From assembly GCA_964016885.1 (NCBI GenBank), contig OZ024762.1, forward strand, positions 27,900,001 through 27,964,000: 64,000 nt of DNA. Reading direction: 5' to 3'. Source of the DNA: Eledone cirrhosa. Its lineage: Eukaryota. Numbering within the stretch: position 1 is the first letter of the stretch; each line of letters opens with the position of its first letter. The notes beneath the pieces were generated by a model, which saw nothing but the letters and a program-made list of their open reading frames with translations, searched no databases and had not been told where the DNA came from. Shown in pieces: positions 49,316 to 63,819 of this stretch. The position numbers and the translations under genes were made by a program.

Positions 49316-51488
49316 CACATATACTTCCATAAATACACATACATATATACATACATATATACATACACACATCCATCCATCATATACACATATATATGTA
49401 CACACATACATATATAAATATATATATATATATACATACATATGTACACATATACATACATACATATGTACACATCCATACATACATAGGACGTTAAACG
49501 ATGATGATGATGATACATACATACGTACACATATATATACACACACATACATACCTACACATGTACATACATATACGCCTACATACATATATACATACAA
49601 ATGACAGGCTTCCACACTATATTTGTCTACCAAATTCCACTTACATGGTATTATTGGTCAACTCATGGCTACAATACCTCAAAAATGTATACACATTTAT
49701 TAGAATGCTATTGAAGTATGTATACATTTTTGGGGACACCCAGTAGAAATAACACTAGCTTTTCACTGCAATAGAATCAAACTGAAGACCTGCATGTTTA
49801 CCAGGTGAGCCTCTTCACCACACGGCTACACATTTCAACCTAATATCCACTGACACCCTACACCACCTCTTGTGATTTCTAACTAAAAATAGTAGCTAAA
49901 TTCCCTCCTCCAATTCCACAGAGATTTGATCAATGTAAACATGTAGCATGAAAACCAACATTCCTAAGAAGCAAGTGACCTGGAAGTTAGGTTGTGCTGG
50001 GTCTTGTGTCAATAATATAAGAGATAAGGGAGCAAAAGGCAACCCATCCACCCCCCCGATGGGAGCCCCGCCTATCTGGAACCAAGGTTGAAGATAGAGT
50101 ATATAAAGGGTGAAGGGTGTTTGGTTGGTGGGTTTTCAGGTTAGGTTTCACAGCTACACATCCCACTTGCTAACATAACACAGCTCATTCCTTGGAAATT
50201 GGCTGAGAATGTTTAACTTTTAATGTCCTCTACCACATAAAGGTGGTGAACTGGCAGAGTCATTAGAACGTTGGATAGAATACTTTATAGTATTCATTCC
50301 GGCTCTCTGCTCTCTGATTTCAAATACCACCGAGGTCAACTTTGCCTTTCATCCTTTCGAGGTCGATAAAAAAAAGTACCAGTCTAGTTCTGGGGTCGAT
50401 TCTTCCTCTATATCTCTTTCTCATTTCCTCTCTCTCACTTTCTATCTTTTTCTGGAAGAAATCTGCTGTACTCAGGCCTTGAAAGGGATGGACTCTGCCA
50501 GGCGTAAAATGCCCAAGAAACGCCCCTACGACTCTATCAGGTGTTACGGGACCATACCATACCACATCAGACCACATTAACAAGGCATTATTGAAAAGTA
50601 CAAAACTGCAAAACTGCAAAACTTGCAATACAGCAAATGTTCACAAGACTCTGTATACTAGTAAAGATACTATAAGCACTGAAACCACATTAGCAAAACA
50701 TTCTTGAAAAGTACAAAACAGCATTCTGATTGTAGAAATAAAAGTCTTTACTCTAATACTGTAAATTTTTACAACAATCTGTCAACTAGTAAAGATACTA
50801 TCAACATTTGAATTAACAAACCACATGAAACCACCAGAGTAAGACATTCTTTAAAAATTAATGTCTTTATTTGAGTTTGTTCGCCAAGATCCCAGACCTC
50901 ATTCGCTTGGCAAGTGGGGTGGACCTTGTCAAATCATATCAACAAAACAATGTATCCATTGGTTTTTCCATTGCTGATATTATCTACCTGTCATAACTCC
51001 TGGCAGAAAGAGCAACGTGAAATAAAGTGTCTTGCTCAAGGAAACAACACATCACCCGGTCTGAGAATTGAACTCACAACCTTTCGATTGTGAATCCAAC
51101 ACTCTAACCACTAAACCATGTGCCTTCATTTAAAAAGTTTTATTTTACTCATTTGTTGTGCTCATAGTTTTTGGCAGTAGTATATATACTGGTTGGATGC
51201 CCTTCCTAACACCAGCACCACTTTACAGCATGGACTGGGTGCTTTTATTCGTGCCACCAGCACTAGAGAGGTTGTCTTACTGAACTCAGGGCCCTCTCTA
51301 CCCCTCCATTTTACAGCCTGGACTAGGTGCTTTTATTTGTGCCACCAGTACTGGAGAGGTCGTCTTACTGGACTCAGGGGTCCCATCCACCCCTGTAATG
51401 AGAAAAAGTTTGAAGGGCCAGAAAAGAGCCTAAAACAGCTGAAAGCTGAAACCATGGGTTAATACAACCCAGATTGTATGGTGTAATG

Positions 51489-51679
51489 TAGACCTGTCAA
51501 CTCTCCCCCGTCTGATGAGTTGACATAGCTTTTGGGGTGGGCAAGAGATGTCTTCTCTTGTGAAAATGGGTATAGCTTTCATTATGTAAAATCTCCCCAT
51601 TTTGCCTCATTTCTCCCTGTTTTGGGACACTTTTTCTCATGGTACTCCCTGTTTGGGTTTTTAGAGGTTGGCAGGTCTG
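51489..51679. mobile_element. hAT-like MITE
   Basis: TIRs AGACCTGTCAAC / GTTGGCAGGTCT, approximate 8-bp TSD TGTAATGT/TATAATGT. Confidence 0.5.
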
Positions 51680-51934
51680 TATAATGTAAAATCCCAAGAA
51701 AGATTTAGCTGTTATTTCTAGCAGGTTGCACAACTTCCTACAGTTGAGCTCCATTTGTGGAGATAATTTGTAAAAATAATATAAATCATAAACGTAAACA
51801 GGGTTGATAAAATAAAGTACCAGTAATTCACTGGAGTCAATCTAATCAACTTTCCCCTTCCCCAAAATTGTGCCTAAATCAGAAACCAACATAAATTATA
51901 AACATAAAATTATTAAAAAAAAAAATTCAGCAAG

Positions 51935-53630
51935 GATGAAAATCATAAAGCATGGCTTGGACACTGCAGGCTTCCCTTCCCAGCTCGAGCCAGTGGGGCT
52001 GGACCGAGGGGACGGCAAAAGGCCAGATGGCATGACCATCTTCCTTTTCCGCGATGGCAAACCTCTAATCTGGAAGGCCACTTGCACCGACACTTTCCTC
52101 AGCGGTAACCTAGTGCAGTCTGTGACTAAGCCAGGTTCTGCAGCACATCGGGCTGAGGAGGCCAAACTCTCCATATACCGGTCACTCTCCGACAGGTTTG
52201 CAGTCGTACCCTTGGCAGTGGAGACTTCTGGTGTCCTTGGCCCTAGGGCTACCTCCCTACTCACCACCATAGGCACAGACCTGGCTTCCTGTAGCAGTGG
52301 AGACTTCTGGTGTCCTTGGCCCTAGGGCTACCTCCCTACTCACCACCACAAGCACAGACCTGGCTACCTGTAGCAGTGGAGACTTCTGGTGTCCTTGGCC
52401 CTAGGGCTACCTCCCTACTCACCACCATAGGCACAGACCTGGCTTCCTGTAGCAGTGGAGGCTTCTGGTGTCCTTGGCCCTAGGGCTACCTCCCTACTCA
52501 CCGCCACAACACAGACCTGGCTACCTGTAGCAGTGGAGGCTTCTGGTGTCCTTGGCCCTAGGGCTACCTCCCTACTCACCACCACAAGCACAGACCTGGC
52601 TACCTGTAGCAGTGGAGGCTTCTGGTGTCCTTGGCCCTAGGGCTACCTCCCTACTCACCACCACAACACAGACCTGGCTACCTGTAGCAGTGGAGACTTC
52701 TGGTGTCCTTGGCCCTAGGGCTACCTCCCTACTCACCACCACAACACAGACCTGGCTACCTGTAGCAGTGGAGGCTTCTGGTGTCCTTGGCCCTAGGGCT
52801 ACCTCCCTACTCACCACCATAGGCACAGACCTGGCTTCCTGTAGCAGTGGAGGCTTCTGGTGTCCTTGGCCCTAGGGCTACCTCCCTACTCACCACCACA
52901 AGCACAGACCTGGCTACCTGTAGCAGTGGAGGCTTCTGGTGTCCTTGGCCCTAGGGCTACCTCCCTACTCACCACCACAACACAGACCTGGCTACCTGTA
53001 GCAGTGGAGGCTTCTGGTGTCCTTGGCCCTAGGGCTACCTCCCTACTCACCACCATAGGCACAGACCTGGCTTCCTGTAGCAGTGGAGGCTTCTGGTGTC
53101 CTTGGCCCTAGGGCTACCTCCCTACTCACCACCACAACACAGACCTGGCTACCTGTAGCAGTGGAGGCTTCTGGTGTCCTTGGCCCTAGGGCTACCTCCC
53201 TACTCACCACCATAGGCACAGACCTGGCTTCCTGTAGCAGTGGAGGCTTCTGGTGTCCTTGGCCCTAGGGCTACCTCCCTACTCACCACCACAACACAGA
53301 CCTGGCTACCTGTAGCAGTGGAGGCTTCTGGTGTCCTTGGCCCTAGGGCTACCTCCCTACTCACCACCATAGGCACAGACCTGGCTTCCTGTAGCAGTGG
53401 AGGCTTCTGGTGTCCTTGGCCCTAGGGCTACCTCCCTACTCACCACCACAACACAGACCTGGCTACCTGTAGCAGTGGAGGCATAGGTGCTGAGCTGGCC
53501 AGGTGCAGGTGCGAGCCGCGTGAGTTGGAATGGCTCTTCCAGCATGTCTCCCTTGCCGTCCTTTGGGGAAACACCTTCTCCATTCTGACCGCCGGGGCTG
53601 TGGGGAGGCCACCAATATGATTGACTGACT
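51935..53630 (+). mobile_element. CRE-clade non-LTR 3' fragment (RLE) with internal 78/79-bp tandem expansion
   Basis: EPVGLDRGDGKRPDG..W.ATC.DT..AE..K..Y..PLAVETSG..G, later WLFQHVSLAV..GN. About 16 repeats at 52215-53480. Confidence 0.85.
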
Positions 53631-55797
53631 TGTCATTTCATCAGTCAACCTGCTATCAGTTGAGTAATAACTCTTTCTGTGACATTCTTTGACCTACTCA
53701 GTGACTGAGATTGTCAATCACTACCATAGAAACAATCATATAGAAACTATCAATGAATTGTGGATATTGAAAAACCCTAAATGGGTGGGTTACAGGTCTC
53801 CATGTACCACACACACACACTGCCCCTCCTTCCCTTCAGTATGTGTGGAGATGGTTTTCAGGGGTCTCTTGCTGGATGAGTAGGAGTAAAGGTCCCCAAC
53901 CTAGCTACACTACCCACCCCCTCCTTTCAGTATGTGTGTGTGGGGGGTATGTGAAGGGATCTCTTGGTGGGGTTGGAGGGGGTAAAGGTCCCCATGCCCC
54001 CACTAAACCCACATTACCCCACCCCTCCTTTCAGTGTGATGTGAGGTGATATTAAAGGGTCTCTTGGTGAGGTTGGTGGGGTAGGGGATAAAGCCCCCTC
54101 CCGTCTCCCCCTCTCTCCCTTTTGGTGTGTGTGTGTCTGTGTGTGTGAAGTTTGTATTAAGGGAATCTCTTTGTAGGGTAGGAGGAGTAAGGGTCGCCAT
54201 GTCAACACCACACCCACCCTATCCCTTTGTGTGTGTGTGTGTAGGGGGGATTAAGTATTAAGAGTTCTCTTGTTGGGGCTGGAGGGGGGCAGTAAAGGTT
54301 CCCATGTCACCACCACTCCCACACTATCCCCCTTTCTCTCTGTGTGTGTGGAGAGATAGTGTTAAGGGGGTCTCTCTCTGTAGGGTTAAAAGGGTACTGG
54401 GGTCTCCATGTCATATTTTGTCCCTTCCTTTCTCTGTGTGTGTCTGTGTGTATGTGTCTGTGTGTGTGTGTCTATGTGTGTGTGTGTCCGTATGTGTGTG
54501 TGTATGTGTATATGTGTGAGTGGAGATAATATTAAGGGAGACTCTTTGTAGGGTAGGAGGAGTAAGGGTCTCCATGTACCCACCACTGCCACCCTATTTG
54601 TCCCTTCCTTTCTCTGTGTGTGTGTTTGTGGAGGGGATGTTAAAGGGTCTCCATGCTACACCACACCCGCCCTATCCTCCCTCCTTTCCGTGTGGGTGTG
54701 GGGGGTGCTAAGGGATCTTCATGCTCCACCACACCCATCCTATCCCTCCCTCCTTTCCGTGTGGGTGTGAGGGGTGTGTGGGGGTTCTCAAGGGGTATTC
54801 ATGCCTCACCACACCTGCCCTATCGCTCCCTCACTTTCCATGTGTGTGTGGGTGGGGGAGTTGTCAAGGGGGTCCCTCTGCAAGAGGTGTAGTATATACA
54901 ATGACATTTTACTGCTCTTCAGATAAATGTCTAATTGAACCTCCACCCACACCACCCTCACCCCAGCTCCCAGATATTAAGTAGGGGACTGTTGTAATTT
55001 CTCACTTCACTGTATGTGTATATATATATATATCATCATTTTACTTCCGCTTGTCCCTGCTTGTAAGGGTGGGACAATATATAGAAATGGAAAAGAATGA
55101 AATGAAATTTCATTTCTCACTCTTAGTACGGCTGATACTTAAATGTAAGTATGTATGTATATGTACATACATATATGTATACAGACGTACAGTAGTATGT
55201 ATATATATACATACATGCACACATATATATATATGTACGTATGGGTTTACCGAACATTTATTATAATGTTCGGTTTATTTGTAAGCAAACAGCCCGAATT
55301 ACGCCGTACAGTGTTCAGGCAACCATCGTCGCCTTTTCGTTCAACACTGACACTGGGGTCCCTATCATTAAATTACCCAAGACACATCTAACGAGATATA
55401 CCTTGGAGGAGGCAAGCTAAATTTGCATAGGTGTGAGCTGTCACACACACACACATACATACATATATTATTTTTTTTAAAGAATTTTTTCGCTCTACAT
55501 GGCTGAATACAATAAATGTAATCTGAATTTTTCGAACATTAATAATAATATTCGATTCATTTGCAATTATGCAAACAAGCCTCATTTTGTGTTTTTATTG
55601 GCAACATGACCCTCCCAAATATAACTGTATATATATGGAATACTGTTAGCTTCTCGCTACAATAATTTCTATACTTTTCATTTATATATATATCATCATC
55701 ATCATCATCATCAGGTTTAGCGTCCGTGTTCCACGCTTGCATGGGTTTGGACGGGGGTTTTCCCACTTGAGGCAAGAGTGGTTGTCTTGCTCGCATA

Positions 55798-56590
55798 GGA
55801 CTGTCTGGCGGGTTTTCTACAGTTGGATGCCCTTCCTAACACCAACCACATTTACAGTGTGGGGCTGGGAGGTTTTTACCGTGTTGCCTACACGGCCACA
55901 TTTACAGCGTGGACTGTCTGGCGGGTTTTCTACAGCTGGATGCCCTTCCTAACACCAACCACATTTACAGTGTGGGGCTGGGAGGTTTTTACCGTGTTGC
56001 CTACACGGCCACATTACAGCATGGACTGTCTGGCGGGTTTTCTACAGCTGGATGCCCTTCCTAACACCAACCACATTTACAGTGTGGGGCTGGGAGGTTT
56101 TTACCGTGTTGCCTACACGGCCACATTTACAGCGTGGACTGTCTGGCGGGTTTTCTACAGTTGGATGCCCTTCCTAACACCAACCACATTTACAGTGTGG
56201 GGCTGGGAGGTTTTTACCGTGTTGCCTACACGGCCACATTACAGCATGGACTGTCTGGAGGGTTTTCTACAGTTGGATGCCCTTCCTAACACCAACCACA
56301 TTTACAGTGTGGGGCTGGGAGGTTTTTACCGTGTTGCCTACACGGCCACATTACAGCATGGACTGTCTGGCGGGTTTTCTACAGCTGGATGCCCTTCCTA
56401 ACACCAACCACATTTACAGTGTGGGGCTGGGAGGTTTTTACCGTGTTGCCTACACGGCCACATTTACAGCGTGGACTGTCTGGCGGGTTTTCTACAGCTG
56501 GATGCCCTTCCTAACACCAACCACATTTACAGTGTGGGGCTGGGAGGTTTTTACCGTGTTGCCTACACGGCCACATTTACAGCGTGGACT
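55798..56590. repeat. ~113-bp tandem repeat inside a SINE (about 7 copies)
   Basis: Unit GGACTGTCTGGCGGGTTTTCTACAGCTGGATGCCCTTCCTAACACCAACCACATTTACAG... Confidence 0.9.
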
Positions 56591-56660
56591 GTGTTTTTTG
56601 TCGTGACACCTACACGACCTCATTTATTTCGGCCTGGATGTTGTGGGACCAACATAACTT

Positions 56661-56696
<36 letters not shown>

Positions 56697-56702
<6 letters not shown>

Positions 56703-56945
56703 TGCGTCAGGACCCCAATGGCTGAGACATTTATTTAACCCAGATCAACACAAAACTCTAGACTCCCTCAAAGTAGGATCCTCTAGCTTCAATGCACTTG
56801 TTGTAGCACTCCAGCCACTTCTAGAAGGTACCCTTGTAATCCTCCAAAGTGAAGGTGTCCAGGGCACTTGTCGCAGACTCCTTCATCTAATCCACATCCC
56901 CAGAGCGGATACCCCTGAGCTTCTCTTCAGCTTTGGGAACATCTT
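56697..56945 (-). mobile_element. Mariner transposase 3' remnant
   Basis: Minus strand reads KWLECYNKCIEARGSYFEG, a mariner C-terminal motif. Confidence 0.65.
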
Positions 56946-56964
56946 TATACAAGATTATGTCGGA

Positions 56965-57510
56965 AAATTTTAATTTATGAATCTTGGGTAACGACCGAAA
57001 GAATACGATCACGAATACAAGCGGCCAAAATGGGATTCCTCTGAAGGGTCTTTGGAGTAACGTTACTTGATAAAGTGTGTAACTCAGAGATGAGAGAGTC
57101 ACTCCAGGCAGAGCCACTACTTCTCTGTATTGAGAGATCACATCTCCGATACTATGGGTATGTGGTTAGAATATCTCAAGAAAGAATCATTGGAGAGTCA
57201 CTCCAGGTAGAGCTGCTACTTCTCTGTATTGAGAGATCACAGCTCCGATACTATGGGTATGTGGTTAGAATGTCTCGAGAAAGAATCGCTGGACAGATTT
57301 TTGGGGCAAAACCAACCGACAGGAAACCAAGGGGTAGACCTCGAGCAAGATGGTTAGATAACATCCATGAGCTTGGCTGGTCACGCCTGGGGATCCAGCT
57401 GGATCAGTTGGAGATGGTTGCCTCTGACAGGACCCGCTGGAAGGAGTGTTTGAGGACTCTGACCCCACGACCCTCTCAGGAATAAGTGGGCGAAGAAGAA
57501 GATGAAGATT
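56965..57510 (+). mobile_element. Expander/Rex3-type RTE 3' fragment with small internal duplication
   Basis: IERSQLRYYGYVVRM (x2), GRPRARWLDNI, (GAA)n tail. Confidence 0.85.
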
Positions 57511-59954
57511 TTGATTTAACAAGGGTGGTTTTGTTTCATTGAAGCAGGGTCAGTTTTAACTGGGTTGGTATCACATGGGTTAAACAATAATCCAAGGTAG
57601 ACTGTGCCTGTAATTCAGAGTTGCCTTCTAGTACACACCATATCGCATTGATATGGCCTGTAGATTACATTATCATTACATTAAGGGTATATTATCACTC
57701 CCACGTGTACCAACCACCACCACCACCACTACCATCACCACAACTATTATCACTGCACCATCATTACCAATAATACTACTGTCACCACCAGCACAACCAC
57801 CACTGCAGTCACCACCACCACCACCACCACCACTGCAGTCACCACCACCACCACCACCACCACTGCAGTCACCACCACCACCACCACCACCACTGCAGTC
57901 ACCACCACCACCACCACCACTGTATTCACCAGTCACCCCCACCACAACCACTATTATCACCAACACTACCACCACCACCATTACCACTACCACCAATACT
58001 ACTGCCACCACCGTCACCACCACCAAAGCCTCCACCACTGTCACTACAAAAACAACCACCAATGAACAATGCCCCACCCTGCTCAATTTCACAACTTCCT
58101 GTCTGTGAGTGAGAAAGGTGGAGGTGGTGGTGGTGGGGGGGTCTGGGTTAAATCATAGTAATCCACTCCACCTCTACCCCAACCCCACCTTCACCTCCAC
58201 CTCCACCCTGTTTCCTGCAGTAATCTTCATTTGTGGAAGCTCCACTGCTTCCTTCATTTCAATGTGTGTGTGTGTGTGTGTAGCTTTGTGTGTATGTGTG
58301 TAGTTGTGTGTGTGTGTGTGTAGCTTTGTGTGTATGTGTGTAGTTGTGTGTGTGTGTGTGTAGTTTTGTGTGTGTGTGTAGTTTTGTGTATGTGTGTAGT
58401 TTTGTGTGTGTGTGTAGTTTTGTGTATGTGTGTAGTTTTGTGTGTGTGTGTAGTTTTGTGTGTGTGTGTAGTTTTGTGTGTGTGTGTAGTTTTGTGTGTG
58501 TGTGTAGTTTTGTGTGTGTGTGTAGTTTTGTGTGTGTGTGTAGTTTTGTGTGTGTGTGTGTGTGTGTATGTGCTTCTGTGTGTAGCTTTGTGTGTGTGTG
58601 TGTTTCAGGGTGTAGCTTTGTGTGTATATGTGGGTGTTGCTTCATTTCAGTATATGTGTGTATGTGTCTGTAACTTTAACTTTAACTTTAAATTTGTGTG
58701 TGTGTGAATGTGTGTGTGTCTGTGGGATTAGCTTTGTGTGTGCGTGTGTGTGTTTGTTGAAGATGTAGCTTCGTGAGTGTGTTTGAGGGTATAGCTTTGA
58801 GTGTGTGTGTGTGTAGTGTATGTGTGTGTGTGTGTGTATGCAGCTATGTGAGGATGGGTGAATGTGAATGTGTGAATGTATGTGTTTGTGTGTATATGTG
58901 TGCTTGTATAGTATATGTGTATGTGTATAGTATTGTGACTGTGGACATGTGTGGGGAGTGTCTCTGTATGTGTGAGTTGTTGTTGTTCAGTACCCCTTAA
59001 TCAAGCAGGTCTAATATCTGAGGATCTCCAGCTGTGACCATCCCAACTTTTATCCAGCTGTTGTTGTTATCACTGTTGTTGTTGTTGCTATTGTTGTTGT
59101 TATTGTTGTTGTTACTGTTGTTGTTGTTGTCACTGTTGTTGTTACTGTTGTTGTTGTTACTATTGTTGTTGCTACTGTTGTCACTGTTGTTGTTACTGTT
59201 GGTGTTACTGTTGTTGTTGTTGTCACTGTTGGTGTTACTGTTGTTGTTGTCACTGTTGGTGTTACTGTTGTTGTTGTTCTCACTGTCATTTAGCCCCAAG
59301 TCAGCCTCAATCAAACAAGACTATGATCAAAGTCACTCCAGTTGTGACCACCCTGACATTTTGTATATCTAAGAGCTATAAAATAATCAAGAATCTGGAG
59401 AGATTTAATTTTTTCAATATTAAGATGGTGTGGGTTGGTTATAGTGAAGGTGCATGGCCGAGTGGTAAGGGTGTTGGACTTACAATCATAATGTTGTGGG
59501 TTCAATTCCTCGTCTAGGTTGTGTGTTGTGTCCTTGAGCAAAACACTTCATTTCCTGTTGCTCCAGTATACTCAGCTGAAAATGAGTACCAGCAATAGCT
59601 GGGGGTTTAACCCTGCGATGGGATCATTAAAATAATGTACCAGTAAAATACTTGGTCGATTTAATCAACCCCCCCCCCCCACCCCCACCCCCACACCCCC
59701 ACACCCCACCCCACCCTCAAAACATATACTAATATTACTGGCCTTGTTTGGAACATAGCTTAACAAAGGTTCTTACAAAAAATTATGATGGAAGTTTTTT
59801 TTTTTTTTAATAAATATAAACACTTCAACTCTTTAGCATACCGGCCGTATCCAGTCAGAATTCTCTCACCTCTTTCTATTCAAACCAGCTGTAACTGGCC
59901 ACTCATATTGACGTTAAGATATTGTTCTAAAAAAATGCACAAGGCACACTGTAT

Positions 59955-60500
59955 ACCACTATGGCACCTCTTTGACTCACTCCATGAGGATTTACAGGTC
60001 TTGCTGCACTTCGAGCCAAATATTGGTTGTTCACAGGTTTGTGGCCGAGCCCATGGCAGTGCAGACTTTTGGTGTCCTTGGCCCTAGGACCACCTCCCTA
60101 CTCACCACCATCAGCACAGTGTTGGCTACCTGTAGCAGTGGAGACTTCTAGTATCCTTGGCCCTAGGACCACCACCCTACTCACCACCATCAGCACAGTG
60201 TTGGCTACCTGTAGCAGTGGAGACTTCTAGTATCCTTGGCTCTAGGACCACCTCCCTACTCACCACCATCGGCACAGTGTTGGCTACCTGTAGCAGTGGA
60301 GACTTCTAGTATCCTTGGCTCTAGGACCACCTCCCTACTCACCACCATCGGCACAGTGTTGGCTACCTGTAGGTTTGAGCTCACAAGCTGGAATGGATCT
60401 TCCAGTGTGTCTCCCTCACCATCCCTCAGGGAAACGCCTTCTCTACTCTGTCCGCCTGGGCTGCAGGGTGGCCAGTTTTCTGGGGCTGCAGGACAGCAAG
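59955..60500 (+). mobile_element. Second CRE-like 3' fragment with the same 79-bp segment in about 4 tandem copies
   Basis: AVETSSILGPRTTTLLTTI repeats at 60055-60372. Confidence 0.8.
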
Positions 60501-60684
60501 CACATGGGCCTCCATTTGCTTGCAATAGTGAAAGATGGGGACAGTGGGAGAGACGGATGCATTGACAGGTTCTTTTGGACCTTGTGTATACAATATATTG
60601 CACCCTTGCAATTTCATCAGGATTTCTTCTGTATAATGTAATGCAAATGTTATGTGAGATAATTATAATTATAATTACCTCACA

Positions 60685-61960
60685 TAATTATGTGAGGTAA
60701 AGCCTTTACCATTAAAATACAATAGTATATATAGAGTAATGTGTTATGTGAGATAGTTATGTGAGGTAAAGCCTTTACCATGAAAATACAATAGTATATA
60801 TAGAGTAATGTGTTATGTGAGATAGTTATGTGAGGTAAAGCCTTTACCATGAAAATACAATAGTATATATAGAGTAATGTGTTATGTGAGATAGTTATGT
60901 GAGGTAAAGCCTTTACCATGAAAATACAATAGTATATATAGAGTAATGTGTTATGTGAGATAGTTATGTGAGGTAAAGCCTTTACCATGAAAATACAATA
61001 GTATATATAGAGTAATGTGTTATGTGAGATAGTTATGTGAGGTAAAGCCTTTACCATGAAAATACAATAGTATATATAGAGTAATGTGTTATGTGAGATA
61101 GTTATGTGAGGTAAAGCCTTTACCATTAAAATACAATAGTATATATAGAGTAATGTGTTATGTGAGATAGTTATGTGAGGTAAAGCCTTTACCATTAAAA
61201 TACAATAGTATATATAGAGTAATGTGTTATGTGAGATAGTTATGTGAGGTAAAGCCTTTACCATGAAAATACAATAGTATATATAGAGTAATGTGTTATG
61301 TGAGATAGTTATGTGAGGTAAAGCCTTTACCATTAAAATACAATAGTATATATAGAGTAATGTGTTATGTGAGATAGTTATGTGAGGTAAAGCCTTTACC
61401 ATGAAAATACAATAGTATATATAGAGTAATGTGTTATGTGAGATAGTTATGTGAGGTAAAGCCTTTACCATGAAAATACAATAGTATATATAGAGTAATG
61501 TGTTATGTGAGATATTATGTGAGATAGTTATGTGAGATAAAGCCTTTACTATGAGAATACAATAGTATATATAGAGTAATGTGTTATGTGAGATAGTTAT
61601 GTGAGATAAAGCCTTTACTATGAAAATACAATAGTATATATAGAGTAATGTGTTATGTGAGATATTAGGTGAGATAGTTGTGTGAGATAAAGCCTTTACT
61701 GTGAAAATACAATAGTATATATAGAGTAATGTGTTATGTGAGATATTATGTGAACTAGTTATGTGAGATAAAGCCTTTACTATGAAAATACAATAGTATA
61801 TATAGAGTAATGTGTTATGTGAGATAGTTATGTGAGATAAAGCCTTTACTATGAAAATACAATAGTATATATAGAGTAATGTGTTATGTGAGATATTATG
61901 TGAGATAGTTATGTGAGATAAAGCCTTTACTATGAAAATACAATAGTATATATAGAGTAA
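60685..61960. repeat. 69-bp satellite expanded inside a piggyBac-like MITE (about 59826-61980)
   Basis: Unit GTGAGGTAAAGCCTTTACCATGAAAATACAATAG... The array ends in AAAGGGTTAA. An unamplified inverted copy begins TTAACCCTTTAA at about 30747. Confidence 0.85.
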
Positions 61961-62899
61961 TGAAAATGTTAAAGGGTTAAATGAAGAGAAATTTCTAGAT
62001 ATAAAAAAGAAATATTTGTTACTATCAATCCATAATCAGCCGAATTTTTGCATTTCTATTTTTCTCACCCCACCACCAACACCACCCCATCACTTTCTTC
62101 CTCTTTCTTTCTTCATTTATTTATTTAATATTTAGATAATTCTTAAAATATTTTTCCCAATATTTTACACATTGCTCTCTCAGACGGAGAAAGGAATTTT
62201 GTAAGAATAAAAAATGAAAAAAAAAATTGTAAAAATAAAAACTATTTTTTTTATTTTTTACATATCAGGATGTGTTTTGTTTGTTGTTGATGATGATGAT
62301 GATGCCCCTATTGTTTAACCCCAGGTCAGCCTTGGTTGATTAGGGTTTCTTATTTAGGCTCAAGGGGAAACAATTTTGGGAGGAGGGGAAAGTCGATTAA
62401 ATTGATCCCAGTGCATTACTGGTACTTTATTTTATCTACCCCGTGGGGATGAAAGGCAAAGTTAACCTTGGGGGGATTTGAACTCAGAATGCAAAGAGAC
62501 ATAATTCTATGCCCCAAAGCATGTTGTTCGATGCTCTAACGATTCTGCCAATCCACCGACCAGGTCAGCCTTGATAATTGTTTCTGATTTAGGCTCAAGA
62601 GGAAACAATTTGGGGAGGAAGGCAAAGCGGATTAAATCGACCCCAGTATGTTACTGGTACTTTATTTTATCGACCACCATAAGAATGAAAGGCAAAGCTA
62701 ACCTTGGTAGGATTTGAACTCAGAACATAAAGAGAGGTAACTATATGCCACAAAGAACGTTATCCGACGCTCTACCGATTCTGCCAGTCCACAACCCTCA
62801 GTAGGCTTTAATAACGAAGCTCTATAAAGTGGTTGGCATTAGGCACGACATCCAGCCATGGCAAACCAAGCTCAAACCAAGAATGGAAAATAGACATTA

Positions 62900-63362
62900 A
62901 ATGGTTATGATGATGATAGTGGTGGTGATGGTGGTGGTAATGATGATGATGATGATGATAATGAATGCCATGATGATGGTGAGGATGACGATGATGACGA
63001 TGATGATGGTGATAGCGGTGATGATGATGATGATAGCGGTGATGATGATGGTGATAGCGGTGATGATGGTGATGACAATGAATGTGATGATGATGATGAT
63101 AATGATGAGAATAATGGTAATGATGATGATGATGATGATGATAATGAATGTCATGATGATGGTGACGATGACGATGATGATAATGATGATGATGGTGATG
63201 ACGATGAGGATGATGGTGATGATGATGATGATGTTGACGATGATGACGTTGACGATGATGGTGATGGCGGTGATGATGATAATAATGATGGTGATGGTGA
63301 TGATGATGGCGGTGATAATGATGTTGACGATGATGGTGATGGCGGTGATGATGATAATAATG
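62900..63362. repeat. Degenerate (GAT)n expansion between SINE tails
   Basis: ATG/GTG/ACG triplet run. Confidence 0.9.
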
Positions 63363-63819
63363 ATTGTTTCTACTTTTGGCACAAGGTCAGCAATTACCCC
63401 AGTACATTACTGGTACTTTATTTTATTGACCTCGTAAGGATGAAAGGCAAAGCTAACCTTGACGGGATTTGAACTCTTAATGATGATGGCGATGATGATG
63501 ATACTACATATGGACGTGAGCCTTACCCCAACATAAACACAAACCCACTAAGTCCCAGCCCATGCTATCTATCAATGAGGTCAACCAAATATTTTTCCAT
63601 GAACCTACATGTTACCTGACCTACCACATATGTACTGCACCAGACATAGAGTAGATCTAATCACAACCTTCAATAATTACTTGTATGTAGAGGGGGGGGG
63701 TGAGGATGATGTATGTGATCAGGCTGCAGTTATCATTCATATTATGTGGCTCACTCTCTCTCACTCTCTCTTTATATATTTATATATATGTGTGTGTGTG
63801 TGTATTTATATATATTCTA

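Noticed and set aside
50095-50110. TATA box-like TATATAAAGG
   Set aside because: No associated gene or LTR pair identifiable.
57653-58108. Extensin-like PPPPLQS ORF
   Set aside because: (ACC)n-derived low complexity with a 30-bp repeat and no splice or domain support.
60680-61471. 263-aa repeat ORF
   Set aside because: 69-bp satellite from a non-coding MITE.
62897-63437. Met-rich and Ile-rich ORFs
   Set aside because: Degenerate (GAT)n SINE-tail expansion. Met-rich, but lacks reflectin motifs.
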